This document shows positions 18,872 through 33,631 of a stretch of 64,000 nt of DNA, piece after piece. The notes beneath the pieces were generated by a model, which worked only from the letters and a program-made list of their open reading frames with translations, had not been told where the DNA came from and did no database searches. This stretch comes from an uncultured Alphaproteobacteria bacterium (GTDB lineage: Bacteria > Pseudomonadota > Alphaproteobacteria > Puniceispirillales > Puniceispirillaceae): contig CAWUWE010000078.1 in NCBI GenBank assembly GCA_963926175.1, positions 5,274 through 69,273 on the forward strand, given 5' to 3'. Each line of letters opens with the position of its first letter. Positions within the stretch are counted from its first letter, which is position 1. The position numbers and the translations under genes were made by a program.

Positions 18872-19073
18872 GTTCATTTGGTCATATCGCAATCTTGCCA
18901 TGATCTTGCAAAATCTTTGGGAATGACTGGGATGGTTGGGGTTGTATACAACGGCATTGACTGGCACGATAAATAAGCCGTGATATAAGAAAATAGCATC
19001 GGAGTTTTCACGCCGACTTGGTGAATATGGTTTCGGGTTAAATATGTTTACGGAATATTAGGAGCAGTCATAA

Positions 19074-20411
19074 ATGCAAATCGTCAGCTTTCTTTCAACG
19101 CAGGGGCGCCGCATGCGTTATGCTGCCTTGCCATTTATTTGCGGCGCGGTCATTACCGGTTTGGCGATCCCCACCCTGACAATTGCCCAATCGGGAAAGA
19201 ATGATGCAGTATATCGCCAGCTTGGGCTTTTTGGCGATATCTTTCAGCGCGTTCGCGAAAGCTATGTTGATGAAGTTGATGAAAAGGATCTTGTCGAAGC
19301 GGCCATCAACGGCATGCTGACCTCGCTTGATCCCCATTCGTCATTTTTAAACAACGATCATTTCAGCGATATGCAAGTCCAGACCAAAGGCAAATTTGGC
19401 GGGCTTGGGATTGAAATCACCATGGAAGATGGTGTGATCAAGATCGTGTCGCCAATTGATGACACGCCAGCCGCCGAAGCCGGATTACAACCCGAAGATT
19501 TGATCATCGCCGTTAATGATGAAGCAATCCGCGGCATGACCCTAAGCGATGCGGTTGACCGGTTGCGCGGCGACGTTGGTTCAAGCGTTACGGTTACGAT
19601 TAAACGCGGTGCCAAAGACCCATTTGACGTCAGCCTCAAACGTGACACGATCAAAATCCGTTCGGTACGTGCCAAAATGTTTGACGGTATTGGCTATTTG
19701 CGGATCACCACTTTTTCTGAGCAGACCACACCCGGCCTGACCAAAGAAATTGATAAAATGTTCCGTGAACATGGCCAAGACCTGAAAGGCTTTGTTCTGG
19801 ATTTGCGAAACAATCCGGGCGGTTTGCTGAATGAGGCCATTTCGGTAAGTGATGCGTTTCTTAAAAAGGGCGAAATCGTCTCAACACGCGGCCGTCGCGC
19901 CGAAAATACCAGCCGTGCCTATGCCCGGCCAGGGGATATCGCCAACGGCCTTCCCCTTGTGGTGCTGATCAATTCAGGATCGGCATCAGCATCTGAAATT
20001 GTTGCTGGGGCGTTAAAAGATCATCGTCGTGCGGTTCTTCTTGGCACGCGTTCATTTGGCAAGGGATCGGTGCAAACGGTGATTCCTGTTTCGGGCAATA
20101 GCGCCATGCGGTTGACCACAGCGCGTTATTACACCCCATCAGGCATTTCAATTCAGGCCACAGGAATCAGCCCTGACATCGAGGTGGCATTGGCACGGAT
20201 TGAAACTTTAGATGGCGGCGATACGCGCGAAGAGGATTTGAAAGGCGCTCTTGATAATGGCAAAGATGGTAAAGAAGGCGAACCAGCCGATGCCAAAAAA
20301 GCAGATGTTACGCCAGCCGCTGACCAGTCAAAGGTTGATTACCAGCTTGCGCGTGCGCTTGATTTGATTCGCGGCGTCTCTATTTTTACTGATGTGAAAT
20401 CCGGATCTTAA
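19074..20411 (+). CDS. ctpA: Carboxy-terminal processing protease (S41)
   Basis: Signal/TM N-terminus, a PDZ segment (GGLGIEI...SPIDDTPAAEAGL) and the S41 catalytic blocks NSGSASASEIVAGAL and FGKGSVQ. Confidence 0.9.
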   Translation: MQIVSFLSTQGRRMRYAALPFICGAVITGLAIPTLTIAQSGKNDAVYRQLGLFGDIFQRVRESYVDEVDEKDLVEAAINGMLTSLDPHSSFLNNDHFSDMQVQTKGKFGGLGIEITMEDGVIKIVSPIDDTPAAEAGLQPEDLIIAVNDEAIRGMTLSDAVDRLRGDVGSSVTVTIKRGAKDPFDVSLKRDTIKIRSVRAKMFDGIGYLRITTFSEQTTPGLTKEIDKMFREHGQDLKGFVLDLRNNPGGLLNEAISVSDAFLKKGEIVSTRGRRAENTSRAYARPGDIANGLPLVVLINSGSASASEIVAGALKDHRRAVLLGTRSFGKGSVQTVIPVSGNSAMRLTTARYYTPSGISIQATGISPDIEVALARIETLDGGDTREEDLKGALDNGKDGKEGEPADAKKADVTPAADQSKVDYQLARALDLIRGVSIFTDVKSGS

Positions 20412-20413
20412 TC

Positions 20414-20890
20414 ATGCGTGACATTCCCTATGATGAACGGTCGTACCGGCCATGCGTTGGCATCTTTTTAATCAATGATGCCAAGCAGGTTTTTGGGGGT
20501 CGCCGCATCGGCGGCGGCGCCGAAGCATGGCAAATGCCCCAAGGCGGAATCGATCCGGGCGAAACGGTGATTGATGCCTGTATGCGCGAAATGGGCGAGG
20601 AAATTGGCACATCTTTGGCTGAATTGCTGTGCGAACATGATGAGTGGCTTTATTACGATATTCCACTGCCGCTTGCCGACCGGCTATGGCATGGCCAATA
20701 CAAGGGTCAAAAACAAAAATGGATGGCGCTTCGCTTTACCGGCAATGATGACGACATAAACATCAACACCGCCGACCCCGAATTTTGCGAGTGGCGCTGG
20801 CTAGAACCTCGTGAATTGGTCAATCTGGCCGTGCCGTTCAAACGCGATGTCTATGATGATGTTCTAAAGGCCTTTGCCAATTTCGTCTAG
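20414..20890 (+). CDS. rppH: RNA pyrophosphohydrolase (Nudix)
   Basis: YRPCVGIFL...WQMPQGGIDPGETVIDACMREMGEEIG is a Nudix box in the RppH context. Confidence 0.9.
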   Translation: MRDIPYDERSYRPCVGIFLINDAKQVFGGRRIGGGAEAWQMPQGGIDPGETVIDACMREMGEEIGTSLAELLCEHDEWLYYDIPLPLADRLWHGQYKGQKQKWMALRFTGNDDDININTADPEFCEWRWLEPRELVNLAVPFKRDVYDDVLKAFANFV

Positions 20891-20916
20891 CTCCCCCGAC
20901 GCCACAAACAAACCAT

Positions 20917-20954
20917 AAAAAAGGGCCGCCAAACATTTTGGCAACCCTTTTTTA
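20917..20954. terminator. Bidirectional terminator between rppH and atpC
   Basis: AAAAAA-GGGCCGCCAAA-CAT-TTTGGCAACCC-TTTTTT: GGG/CCC plus GCCAAA/TTTGGC pairing with a 2-nt internal mismatch. It is flanked by A6 and T6, so it can serve either strand. Confidence 0.6.
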
Positions 20955-20969
20955 TCAGATGAATAACCG

Positions 20970-21323
20970 CTAGAGCGATTCGATAACCGCATTCAAAAAC
21001 GCGGCTTCTGCCTCATTTGCATTGGCCGCTTTTTCTTTCAATGCCGCCGCATCAGCACTGCCAAGATCAATGGTACGTTCGGCCAGAATCGTCACCGATT
21101 CGCCCGATACATCAGCAAGGCCACCATCAATCATAAAGCGATCGGTGACTTTGCCATCTTCATGCACTTCGACGATGCCGCGTGTTAGATCAGCAAGCAA
21201 TGGTGCGTGCCGTGGCAGCACACCAAACAGACCTTCAACGCCCGGCGCAACAACCATCTGCACAGATTTCTGAGCCATGATGCGAGCTGGTGTTATCAGT
21301 TCCAATTGTGTCGTTTCAGCCAT
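20970..21323 (-). CDS. atpC: F1 ATP synthase epsilon subunit
   Basis: 117 aa. LELITPARIM...GVLPRHAPLLADL is typical of AtpC. It is the last gene of atpHAGDC. Confidence 0.9.
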   Translation of the reverse strand: MAETTQLELITPARIMAQKSVQMVVAPGVEGLFGVLPRHAPLLADLTRGIVEVHEDGKVTDRFMIDGGLADVSGESVTILAERTIDLGSADAAALKEKAANANEAEAAFLNAVIESL

Positions 21324-21364
21324 GCTAGCGCATCCTTATGCTGGATAGAACAGGGGCAATGCCG

Positions 21365-22861
<1,497 letters not shown>

Positions 22862-22867
22862 CTAAAT

Positions 22868-23740
22868 TTAAAGAGCTTCAGCACCTGAAATAATTTCGAT
22901 AAGTTCATTCGTAATCGCCGCTTGACGTGTTCTGTTATACACCAATGTCAGACGGTCAATCATGTCACCAGCATTCCGCGTGGCGTTATCCATTGCTGTC
23001 ATCCGCGCGGCAAGTTCGGCCGCAGATGATTCGAGCAAGGCACTGTAAATCTGTGTCGAAATGATGCGTGGCAACAGGCTTGCCAGCAATTCTTCCTCTT
23101 CTGGCTCATAATCATAATTTGAACCAGCTTCATAGCCGCCAGCATCACCAACTTCAGCTGGAATCAGCTGGGTCAGCTTGACCTCTTGAGTGATAGCATT
23201 GATGAACTTGTTGTAGATCATGGTGCAGACGTCAAAATCACCATTTTCAAAACCGCTGCGAACCGTTTCGCCAAGATCAGCCGCATCTGCAAACGCAACA
23301 GCGGTGCCTTGAATCCCTTCAAGGCTGGCAATGTAGCTATCACCAAATTCACGGCGAAGCGCATCAGCAGATTTTCGGCCAACCATCAAAAGCTTGACGG
23401 TTTTGCCTTCAGCTTGAAGCCGCGCAACTTCGGTGCGGGTCTGGCGGGTGATTGACCCGTTAAAACCACCACAAAGACCGCGATCGGCCGAAATGACAAC
23501 CAGCAAATGTGATGCTGATTTGCCATTTCCGACAAGCAGGGCAGGTGCCGAGCTGGGATCAGCTTTGGCGGCAAGATTGGCAATCACACCGCGCATCCGG
23601 TCGGCATAAGGCCGGCCAGCTTCGGCTGCCTCTTGCGCCCGCCGCAATTTCGCCGCTGCCACCATTTTCATGGCAGCAGTGATTTTCTGCGTGGACTTGA
23701 CGCTGCTAATACGCGTCTTTAAATCCTTCAATGATGCCAT
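22868..23740 (-). CDS. atpG: F1 ATP synthase gamma subunit
   Basis: [36 protein letters not shown] and the C-terminal [15 protein letters not shown]. Confidence 0.95.
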   Translation of the reverse strand: MASLKDLKTRISSVKSTQKITAAMKMVAAAKLRRAQEAAEAGRPYADRMRGVIANLAAKADPSSAPALLVGNGKSASHLLVVISADRGLCGGFNGSITRQTRTEVARLQAEGKTVKLLMVGRKSADALRREFGDSYIASLEGIQGTAVAFADAADLGETVRSGFENGDFDVCTMIYNKFINAITQEVKLTQLIPAEVGDAGGYEAGSNYDYEPEEEELLASLLPRIISTQIYSALLESSAAELAARMTAMDNATRNAGDMIDRLTLVYNRTRQAAITNELIEIISGAEAL

Positions 23741-23790
23741 TTACCAAACTCCATTTTGCGGCACGACAGCCCCGCAAATGCCTTCACCAT

Positions 23791-25880
<2,090 letters not shown>

Positions 25881-26064
25881 CGACTAAAACCCTCATCCTG
25901 AAAAAAATTCGATTTTTTGGGTGCACCCTCAGTCGCACGCTTGAGCGCCCTGACCAGTTGTGACGGTTGGTTGCTATCATAGCCCTGGCCGAAAGGCAAG
26001 CAGTCAGGCCATGAAAATTTGATGAAATTGCGATGTTTCGTTATGGCAAGCAAGACCACCAAGC

Positions 26065-28299
26065 CTAGAGAAAACTATAGGGGTCAATGTCGATCTGCAT
26101 CCGTACAGATGACGGCAGTTTGATTGTGCCAAGCCAGCCTTGCAAAATATGCTGAATATTCACACTCTTATCGGCACGAATCAGCAATCTAGCGCGGTGT
26201 TTTCCCTTTAAAAACCCAATTGGAGCAATCGCTGGCCCATAGATTTGCACCGAATCAAAATGAGGGCGCGCTGATGCCAGCTTGCGGATCACTTCAAAAA
26301 GTCGATCTTCATGTGTTGACGCGATGATAATAGCCGCCAATTGCCCAAAGGGCGGCATTCCGGCAGCCTGCCGCGCGGCCGCCTCTTGTGCCAAAAATGC
26401 ATCCCGATCACCCGCAATCAGGCTTACCAGAACCGGATTCTCAGGCTCTAATGTTTGCAGCATTGCAGCACCTGGCCGCGATTCGCGTCCGGCACGCCCA
26501 GCAACCTGACTCAGCATCTGAAAAGTACGTTCAGCCGCGCGTAAATCACCGCCAGCAAGCCCAAGATCAGCATCAACAACACCAACAAGCGTCAAATGCG
26601 GGAAATGATGACCCTTGGCGGCCATTTGCGTGCCAATTATAATATCGACCTCGCCGTCACTTACCGATTGAATAAACGCCTCGGCCGCTTTTGGCGTGCC
26701 AACCGTATCACTCGACAGGAGCGCAAACCGCGCTTCAGGAAATCTTATCAAAACTTCTTCGGCAAGCCGTTCAATCCCTGGGCCACAAGCCTGCATCTGG
26801 TCTTTTGCCCCGCAGGATTTGCAATCATTGCTTGGTCGGGATTCATGACCGCAATGGTGACAGCGCAGACGGCCTGCCAGCCGATGCGCCACCATCCATG
26901 AATCGCAATTGGGGCATGTGACCTTGGTGCCGCAAGCACCACATAAGGTAAGCGGCGCATAGCCGCGCCGGTTCAAGAATAAGAGGCTTTGCTCACCAGC
27001 CTTTAGCCGCGACTCGATCGCCTCTACAAGCGGCGGGGCAAGCCATCGTCCCCGTTCAGGCGGTGTGGCACGAAGATCAATTGCCGAAATATCGGGAAGC
27101 TGGGCGCCATGAACGCGTTTTGGCAAGGCCAGATAATCATAACGTGGCGGCGATCCAGTTTTACCGGCATTCACCCAGCTTTCCAGCGATGGAGTGGCGC
27201 TTGCCAGCACCACCGGCACATCATCTAATCGGCCACGCAAAACCGCCATGTCGCGGGCTTGATAAATCACCTGATCTTCCTGTTTGAAAGCATGTTCATG
27301 CTCTTCATCAACAATGATCAGCCCAAGCCGCGAAAAGGGTAAAAACAACGCCGATCGCGCCCCAACCACAACCGACGCTCTTGCTTGCAAAACAAATCGC
27401 CATGATTTGCGTTTTTGCGCGGCGGGTATATCCGAATGCCATTCCACTGGCGGTACACCAAAACGGGCAGTAAACCGGGCCCGCCACGCCGCCGATAGGG
27501 CGATTTCGGGAAGCAAAATCAAAACCTGCTGGCCGGTGGCAATCGCCGCTTCAACCGCCTCGAAATAAACCTCGGTCTTGCCCGATCCGGTAACCCCATC
27601 AAGAAGGCAGGTCTGAAAACCATGACCAACCGCGCCGCGCAAATGAACGGCGGCTTGCTGTTGATCCGATGTTAAGGTGACATGATCAAGATCATGCCGC
27701 GGCAAAGGCGGCGGTTGATCAGCCGAGACCAATTTGACCTGCAACAGGCCTGCCGTTTCCATGCCATTAATGACTGCCTGACTAGCACCGCAAGCAGCCG
27801 TAATCATCGCCGCCGTTACGCCGGCCGTCGCGGCCTGATGATCGGGCGCAGCGGGTGCTTCATTTTTGGCGAGATAATCAAGAACATGCTGCCGCGCCGT
27901 GGTAAGCCGGGTTTTGCCTGCTAGCGCGCCAATCGAATAACGTTTTTGCTGGGGCGGGCGATCAAAGGCGGCTGGCTGGCTAAGCACCATTTTGACCACC
28001 GCACCCAAAGGCGCCATTGTCCAAGCGGCAACGCGTTCGATAAATTGGACAAGCGCATCTGACAGCGGCGGCAAAGTCACCAAGCTTTCAACCGCCCGAA
28101 GCTTGGCCACCGGCACATCACCAATCGCCGCCGCCATCACGATGCCCGGTAAATGCCGCCCACCAAACCGAACCATGACAATCGTGCCACGAACCGCGCC
28201 AACGGCCGGACCTGCCAGATAATCGTAAATCCCGCCAACTGGCGCTGCCACCGCAATGGCAAGCGCCGATTGCGGTGGCATGCCAACAGATTCACTCAT
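26065..28299 (-). CDS. priA: Primosomal replication protein N' (PriA helicase)
   Basis: Walker A GVTGSGKTEVY, DEEH box, and the Cys-rich zinc module CGACGTKVTCPNCDSWMVAH...CHHCGH...CKSCG. Confidence 0.95.
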   Translation of the reverse strand: MSESVGMPPQSALAIAVAAPVGGIYDYLAGPAVGAVRGTIVMVRFGGRHLPGIVMAAAIGDVPVAKLRAVESLVTLPPLSDALVQFIERVAAWTMAPLGAVVKMVLSQPAAFDRPPQQKRYSIGALAGKTRLTTARQHVLDYLAKNEAPAAPDHQAATAGVTAAMITAACGASQAVINGMETAGLLQVKLVSADQPPPLPRHDLDHVTLTSDQQQAAVHLRGAVGHGFQTCLLDGVTGSGKTEVYFEAVEAAIATGQQVLILLPEIALSAAWRARFTARFGVPPVEWHSDIPAAQKRKSWRFVLQARASVVVGARSALFLPFSRLGLIIVDEEHEHAFKQEDQVIYQARDMAVLRGRLDDVPVVLASATPSLESWVNAGKTGSPPRYDYLALPKRVHGAQLPDISAIDLRATPPERGRWLAPPLVEAIESRLKAGEQSLLFLNRRGYAPLTLCGACGTKVTCPNCDSWMVAHRLAGRLRCHHCGHESRPSNDCKSCGAKDQMQACGPGIERLAEEVLIRFPEARFALLSSDTVGTPKAAEAFIQSVSDGEVDIIIGTQMAAKGHHFPHLTLVGVVDADLGLAGGDLRAAERTFQMLSQVAGRAGRESRPGAAMLQTLEPENPVLVSLIAGDRDAFLAQEAAARQAAGMPPFGQLAAIIIASTHEDRLFEVIRKLASARPHFDSVQIYGPAIAPIGFLKGKHRARLLIRADKSVNIQHILQGWLGTIKLPSSVRMQIDIDPYSFL

Positions 28300-28462
28300 G
28301 ATAAATCTTTATAAACATTGGATCCTGTGGAACTATCCGCCATTATAACAAGCTGAACAACGGTTATTTTAAGATTGTGGATTTGCGCCGTTGCTTCAAG
28401 TAAACTTGCGTGGCGCGCAGAAAAAGCGCAAGCATCAATCCAGTGAAAACAGGGCCATTAAC

Positions 28463-29116
28463 ATGAAAATTTTCCTCGATAGTGCCAATATTGGCGAGAT
28501 CACCGCGCTTTGCGATACTGGGTTCGTTGATGGAATCACGACAAATCCTTCTTTGATTGCCAAATCAGGACGCAACATTCTTGAAACGATTGCTGAAATC
28601 TGCAGCCTTGTTGACGGGCCGGTTAGCGCCGAAGTCACGGCAACCGATTTCAAAACAATGCTTACCGAAGGCCAAAAGCTGGCCGCCATCGCCCCGAATG
28701 TAACGGTAAAAGTGCCATTAACCCGTGATGGGCTGCTGACCTGCCGCGCGCTTAGTGATACTGGCACCGATGTAAACGTTACGTTATGTTTTAGCGCTGG
28801 GCAAGCCTTGCTGGCGGCCAAGGCAGGCGCGAAATTCATTTCACCCTTTGTCGGACGGCTTGACGATATCGGCCGCGACGGAATGGGGCTGATCGAAGAG
28901 ATTTGCAGCATATATGCAAATTATGATTATGATACCGAGGTTCTGGTCGCCTCAGTTCGAAGCACCCAGCATGTCGTTGACGCCGCCCTGATGGGGGCAG
29001 ATGTGGTGACTTTGCCGCCAAAGATTTTGACCGCGCTTTATCATCACCCGCTAACCGATAGTGGTCTGGACGCGTTTCTGAAAGACTGGCAGGCAACTGG
29101 CCAATCGATTTTATAG
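28463..29116 (+). CDS. Transaldolase family protein, short type 3B (Fsa/TalC-like)
   Basis: [13 protein letters not shown]..., GITTNPSL and the Schiff-base lysine context VTVKVPLT. About 217 aa. I chose ATG 28463. Confidence 0.9.
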   Translation: MKIFLDSANIGEITALCDTGFVDGITTNPSLIAKSGRNILETIAEICSLVDGPVSAEVTATDFKTMLTEGQKLAAIAPNVTVKVPLTRDGLLTCRALSDTGTDVNVTLCFSAGQALLAAKAGAKFISPFVGRLDDIGRDGMGLIEEICSIYANYDYDTEVLVASVRSTQHVVDAALMGADVVTLPPKILTALYHHPLTDSGLDAFLKDWQATGQSIL

Positions 29117-29169
29117 GCGCGATCCTAGCGGGCTTAGCCGCATAGGAAATGCCAAGCAAAGGCAGCATT

Positions 29170-29904
29170 ATGGCAGACGATAAATCCAAAAAAATCATCA
29201 CCGCCAAAGATGTTGCCAGCTTTTTGACCGATAACCCTGCCGAAATGTCGAAATTGCTGGCAACCCAGCCAGAACTGCTTGCGGCCTGTATAACCGCGGC
29301 TGGTACCTCGATCGGGGCCAATGATAAAATTGACGGTAAGGTGGTAAATCTGATTCCGGCACTGGCCACCAAGGCGCGGCAAGATGCCCGCAAATTAAAC
29401 CAGACACATCAATCACTTTTGCATGTGGCTGCCGAAAATATGCTTAGCTGGACACGACTTCATCACGCCACATTGGGGCTTCTTGCCAGCAACGATCTTG
29501 CTGGCATGTGTCAGGTGATTGCAACCGAATTTCCAGTGATTTTTGACCTGAATCAATGCCAATTGATTTGCGAATCCAAAGCGTCAATTCTGGATGCACT
29601 TGATCTGGGGTTGATGGCGCATCCAGCAGATCAGATTGACCAAGCCACCGAAAACCGTGGGCTGTTTTTGGGGCTGCCAAATGAGGCTGCCCAGAAGCTG
29701 CTGATCAAACCGGCACAAAGCCTTGCAATTATCCGGCTTCCCGATCGGCTTCCCGATCCGGTATCGCAATGCCTGTTATTGCTTGGCGGCAAAACCGCCA
29801 ATAATTTTCATCCCAATCTTGGCAGTGACCTTCTTGTTCTTCTTGCCGAAATGGTTGGCGTCACCTTGGCGGCAAGGCTGGAATTGCAGATGAATTCACG
29901 ATGA
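29170..29904 (+). CDS. DUF484 family protein (YigA-like)
   Basis: N-terminal ...VASFLTDNPAEM... plus a GAF-like C-terminus. It has a 4-nt ATGA overlap with xerC, the same pairing as yigA-xerC in E. coli. Confidence 0.8.
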   Translation: MADDKSKKIITAKDVASFLTDNPAEMSKLLATQPELLAACITAAGTSIGANDKIDGKVVNLIPALATKARQDARKLNQTHQSLLHVAAENMLSWTRLHHATLGLLASNDLAGMCQVIATEFPVIFDLNQCQLICESKASILDALDLGLMAHPADQIDQATENRGLFLGLPNEAAQKLLIKPAQSLAIIRLPDRLPDPVSQCLLLLGGKTANNFHPNLGSDLLVLLAEMVGVTLAARLELQMNSR

Positions 29905-30797
29905 TTGCAGCAGCACATCGGGTAGCATGGCTTCGCTGGCTTGCCAGTGAAAAACGCTATGGCGCAAACACACTTGATGCTTATGAACGCGATCTTGATG
30001 ATTTTTCCAGCTATCTTAGTGCTGGTGTAAACGCGGCCAATGCGCCGCTATCGCGCCAAATATTTCGGGGCTGGCTAGCGCATATGGCATCACGTCAGCT
30101 TGCGCGAACAACGATTGCAAGACGGGTATCCTCGGTGCGCAGCTTTTACCGATTTTGCGGCCGCAACAAGCTTGTTGATGTTCCCGACCTTGGCTGGTTA
30201 CGCGCACCGCAACCACCGCGCGCCGTTCCAAAATCAATGTCGGTTGATGATGCCCTTGCCCTGCTTCAGGCCATTTTCAACCGGCGCGGTGCCGATTGGG
30301 TCAAAAAGCGCGATTTTGCCGTTTTAATGCTGCTTTATGGTGCGGGATTACGCATTTCCGAGGCGCTTGGCCTTTGCCGTAAAGATGCGCCACTTGGTGA
30401 CTGGCTAACCATTACCGGCAAGGGCGATAAAATGCGCGATGTGCCGGTTCTAAAGGTAGCCAGCGAAGCGGTTGATGATTATCTTGGTGATTGCCCATTT
30501 GATGATGGGGCGCAGGCGCCATTATTTGTCAGCAGCCGCGGCAAACCGCTTGGCGCACGCGCGGTTCAACGTTTGCTTGAAGAATTGCGTGCCGAACTTG
30601 ATCTGCCATCGCATGTCACGCCGCATAGTTTGCGCCATGCCTTTGCAACGCATCTTCTTGGCAATGGTGGCGATCTTCGCGCCATTCAGGAATTGCTTGG
30701 CCATGCCAGCCTATCAACAACCCAGCGCTATACGCATGTTGACGAAACCCATCTAATTCAAATTCACCGCGACACACATCCACGCGCGCAACGCTAA
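29901..30797 (+). CDS. xerC: Tyrosine recombinase XerC
   Basis: Catalytic residues in context: ...YGAGLRISEAL..., HSLRHAFATHLL, LLGHASLSTTQRYTHV. The DUF484 partner upstream is present. Confidence 0.9.
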   Translation: MIAAAHRVAWLRWLASEKRYGANTLDAYERDLDDFSSYLSAGVNAANAPLSRQIFRGWLAHMASRQLARTTIARRVSSVRSFYRFCGRNKLVDVPDLGWLRAPQPPRAVPKSMSVDDALALLQAIFNRRGADWVKKRDFAVLMLLYGAGLRISEALGLCRKDAPLGDWLTITGKGDKMRDVPVLKVASEAVDDYLGDCPFDDGAQAPLFVSSRGKPLGARAVQRLLEELRAELDLPSHVTPHSLRHAFATHLLGNGGDLRAIQELLGHASLSTTQRYTHVDETHLIQIHRDTHPRAQR

Positions 30798-30843
30798 GCG
30801 CACACGCCCGCAAACTGCATCCTTAGCAATCGCATAAGACTAG

Positions 30844-32253
30844 CTAGATATGAATGGCGCGGCCATCAACCGCCAGTGCGGCTTCTTTGACGGCCTCATT
30901 CAAAGTTGGATGACCATGACAGGTGCGGGCAATATCTTCAGCTGAAGCACCAAAAGCCATGGCGGTGGCACATTCATGGATCACCGTTCCGGCCTCATGG
31001 CCGATAATATGAACACCAAGAATCTTGTCGGTTTTTGCACAGGCCAGAATTTTCACAAACCCATCGCTATGTCCTTGCGCCCGCGCACGACTGTTTGCCG
31101 AAAACGGAAACACACCCTTGGCAAAATCAATACCAGCTTCGGTCAATGCTTCTTCAGATTTTCCCAGAGTGGCAATTTCTGGAGCGGTATAAACAATGCC
31201 CGGCACCAGATCATAATCAACATGACCCGACTTGCCAGCCATCATTTCAACAGCGGCAACCGCATCTTCTTCGGCCTTATGCGCCAGCATCGGCCCATCA
31301 ATCACATCACCAATGGCATAGATATCTTCGATACTGGTCTCAAAGCGGGCATCAACCGCAATGCGGCCACGCGGTGTCATGGTAACGCCAATTTTTTCAA
31401 GCCCAAGCCCGTCTGTTACCGGATACCGCCCAACCGAAACAAGCGCGATATCAGCCTTTATGGTTTCTTCGTCACCACCATTGGCAGAGGTGACTGTCAG
31501 ACTAACGCCATTTTTTCCAGCTTTGGCCGATTTTACCGCTGTGCTTAGACGGAATTTTAGCCCCTGTTTTTTGGCAATGGTCATAAATTTCTTGGCAATT
31601 TCCGCATCCATGCCAGGCAAGATTCGCGGCAAAAACTCGATGATTTCAACCTTGGCACCAAGACGCGCCCAAACCGTACCAAGCTCAAGCCCGATATAGC
31701 CTGCACCAATCACCACCATTTTCTTTGGCAAGGTTTCCAGGCTCAAAGCGCCGGTTGAGCTGACAATATGTTTTTCATCAATGATAATGTTGGGAAGGCT
31801 GGAAGGGTAACTGCCGGTGGCAATCATGATTTTGCCAGCTTTGTAATCGCCTTTATCCTTACCATTGACAATGGTCACGCTTCCCGCACCACTGATGGTT
31901 GCACTTCCTTCGAGGCGGGTGATTTTGTTTTTCTTGAACAGAAAATCAATGCCGCCTGTCAGCGTGTCAACAATATCTCTTTTCGATTGCATCATCTGTT
32001 TAAGATCAATCGCAACCGATCCAAGCGATATGCCCAATTTGCCAAGCGTGCCTGATGCGGCACCTGCAAAATGCTCGGACGCATTCAAAAGCGCCTTTGA
32101 CGGAATACAGCCAACATTCAAACAGGTGCCGCCAAGCGTTGGCTGTTTTTCGATGCAGGCAACATTCATCCCAAGCTGGGAAGCGCGAATCGCCCCAACA
32201 TAACCGCCCGGGCCAGCACCAATAATGATGAGATCAAAGCTGTTATTCTGCAT
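30844..32253 (-). CDS. lpdA: Dihydrolipoyl dehydrogenase (E3)
   Basis: DLIIIGAGPGGY, the redox-active GGTCLNVGCIPSK, and the C-terminal HPTLNEA. I chose ATG 32253, which has an AAGGA RBS. Confidence 0.95.
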   Translation of the reverse strand: MQNNSFDLIIIGAGPGGYVGAIRASQLGMNVACIEKQPTLGGTCLNVGCIPSKALLNASEHFAGAASGTLGKLGISLGSVAIDLKQMMQSKRDIVDTLTGGIDFLFKKNKITRLEGSATISGAGSVTIVNGKDKGDYKAGKIMIATGSYPSSLPNIIIDEKHIVSSTGALSLETLPKKMVVIGAGYIGLELGTVWARLGAKVEIIEFLPRILPGMDAEIAKKFMTIAKKQGLKFRLSTAVKSAKAGKNGVSLTVTSANGGDEETIKADIALVSVGRYPVTDGLGLEKIGVTMTPRGRIAVDARFETSIEDIYAIGDVIDGPMLAHKAEEDAVAAVEMMAGKSGHVDYDLVPGIVYTAPEIATLGKSEEALTEAGIDFAKGVFPFSANSRARAQGHSDGFVKILACAKTDKILGVHIIGHEAGTVIHECATAMAFGASAEDIARTCHGHPTLNEAVKEAALAVDGRAIHI

Positions 32254-32307
32254 CTGTTTTTCCTTTTTGCTGGCAAACTTTGCAAAGCGGTTTTGCAATG
32301 CGTGCGG

Positions 32308-33576
32308 TTAGACGCCCATTAACAAGCGGCGCGGGTCTTCGACCATTTCCTTGATCCGTGCCAGAAATGATACAGCCTCACGACCATCAATAATACGATG
32401 GTCATATGATAAGGCCAAATACATCATCGGGCGAATCACAATCTGGTCATCAATCACAACAGCGCGCTTTTCGATCTTGTGCATGCCAAGAATGCCGCTT
32501 TGCGGCGGATTCAAAATCGGCGTTGACATCATTGACCCGTAAACACCGCCATTCGAAATGGTGAAAGTGCCGCCAGCCATATCATCAGGCGCAATTTTGC
32601 CATCGCGCGCACGAAGACCAAAATCCGAGATTGCCCGTTCGGTATCGGCCAAACTCATTTCACCAGCATCTTTGATGACCGGTACAACAAGCCCTTGGGG
32701 CGTGCCAACAGCAACTCCAATATTATAGTAATTCTTATAGATAATATCAGTGCCATCAATTTCGGCATTTACCGCCGGGAATTCACGAAGCGCCTGAATG
32801 GCCGCCTGCACAAACACACCCATAAAACCAAGCCGAACTTCATGCGCGGCTTCGAATGCATCTTTATAATCAGCCCGCAATTTCATCAGCGACGACATAT
32901 CCGCCTCGTTAAAGGTTGTCAGCATCGCCGCGCTATTTTGCGCCGCTTTCAGCCGTGAGGCAATGACCTGCCGCAATTTTGACATGCGAACACGCTCTTC
33001 ACGCGCCGCATCAACCACCCGCGGTGTTGCCCGTGGTGGTGTTGGCGCATTTGCAGTTGCCATGACAGTTTGCGCCAGTGCGGCCTGCGGCTTGTTGATC
33101 GCGGCCAAAACATCGGCCTTGGTCAAACGCCCACCAACACCTGTTGCCGCAATATTTGCCGGATTGAGTTTATGTTCATCAACCAGCCGCCGCACGGCGG
33201 GTGACAGGTCAGAACTGTCAATTGCCGATGGCGCAGCAGCAGATGCCGCCGCCACAACCAGGGCAGGGGTTTCATCTGCCGCTTTTGCCGTAGCTAATTT
33301 TGGCGCCTCTTGTTTTGGTGCCGGTTTGGCGCCAGCCGCGCCTTCTACAACCCGCGCCAAAAGCGCGCCAACTTCAACGGTTTCACCTTCAGCAGCGATG
33401 ATTTCACCAAGTTTTCCAGCAACAGGTGATGGCACTTCCAATGTCACCTTATCCGTCTCAAGCTCAACAATCGGCTCATCTGCAGCAACCGGGTCGCCAG
33501 CCTTTTTTATCCAGCGGGCAATCGTTGCATCGCTAACTGATTCGCCAAGTGTTGGAACATGAATATCAATTGACAT
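32308..33576 (-). CDS. sucB: Dihydrolipoamide succinyltransferase (E2o)
   Basis: Lipoyl domain ...[14 protein letters not shown]..., an Ala/Pro linker, and the catalytic DHRIIDG. AAGGAGG RBS before ATG 33576. Confidence 0.95.
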   Translation of the reverse strand: MSIDIHVPTLGESVSDATIARWIKKAGDPVAADEPIVELETDKVTLEVPSPVAGKLGEIIAAEGETVEVGALLARVVEGAAGAKPAPKQEAPKLATAKAADETPALVVAAASAAAPSAIDSSDLSPAVRRLVDEHKLNPANIAATGVGGRLTKADVLAAINKPQAALAQTVMATANAPTPPRATPRVVDAAREERVRMSKLRQVIASRLKAAQNSAAMLTTFNEADMSSLMKLRADYKDAFEAAHEVRLGFMGVFVQAAIQALREFPAVNAEIDGTDIIYKNYYNIGVAVGTPQGLVVPVIKDAGEMSLADTERAISDFGLRARDGKIAPDDMAGGTFTISNGGVYGSMMSTPILNPPQSGILGMHKIEKRAVVIDDQIVIRPMMYLALSYDHRIIDGREAVSFLARIKEMVEDPRRLLMGV

Positions 33577-33631
33577 TGTAAGCACCCTCCTTAGGTACCT
33601 TGTCTAAAAGTTTGCTGAAAACAGGCTCTTT

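Noticed and set aside
18872-19073. 202-bp gpmI-ctpA spacer examined for a missing gene (an M23/EnvC-like peptidase often precedes ctpA), a small ORF or an sRNA
   Set aside because: Only ORFs of 14 codons or fewer are present, and none has an RBS. I saw no convincing hairpin or terminator. From this window I cannot show that a gene is absent relative to related genomes.
28326-28384. Two TGTGGA words (TGTGGAACT, TGTGGATTT) resembling DnaA boxes in the priA / transaldolase spacer
   Set aside because: There are only two degenerate copies. There is no AT-rich unwinding element or box cluster, and the flanking genes are not those typical of an alphaproteobacterial origin region.
29901-30797. Tyrosine recombinase as a possible integrase marking a mobile element
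   Set aside because: It is coupled to DUF484 (the yigA-xerC pairing). It has the XerC-type motifs and native composition. No att-like repeats, tRNA or cargo genes flank it. It is the chromosomal dimer-resolution recombinase.
32963-33562. 199-aa Ala/Ser/Thr-rich ORF antisense to sucB
   Set aside because: It is the shadow frame of the Ala/Pro linker region of E2o and has no independent signals. The same applies to the long antisense ORFs in ffh (50657-51313, 50734-51321), ftsY (53319-53900), sdhD (41761-42243), the transaldolase gene (28435-28911, 28836-29393) and gpmI (17180-17677).
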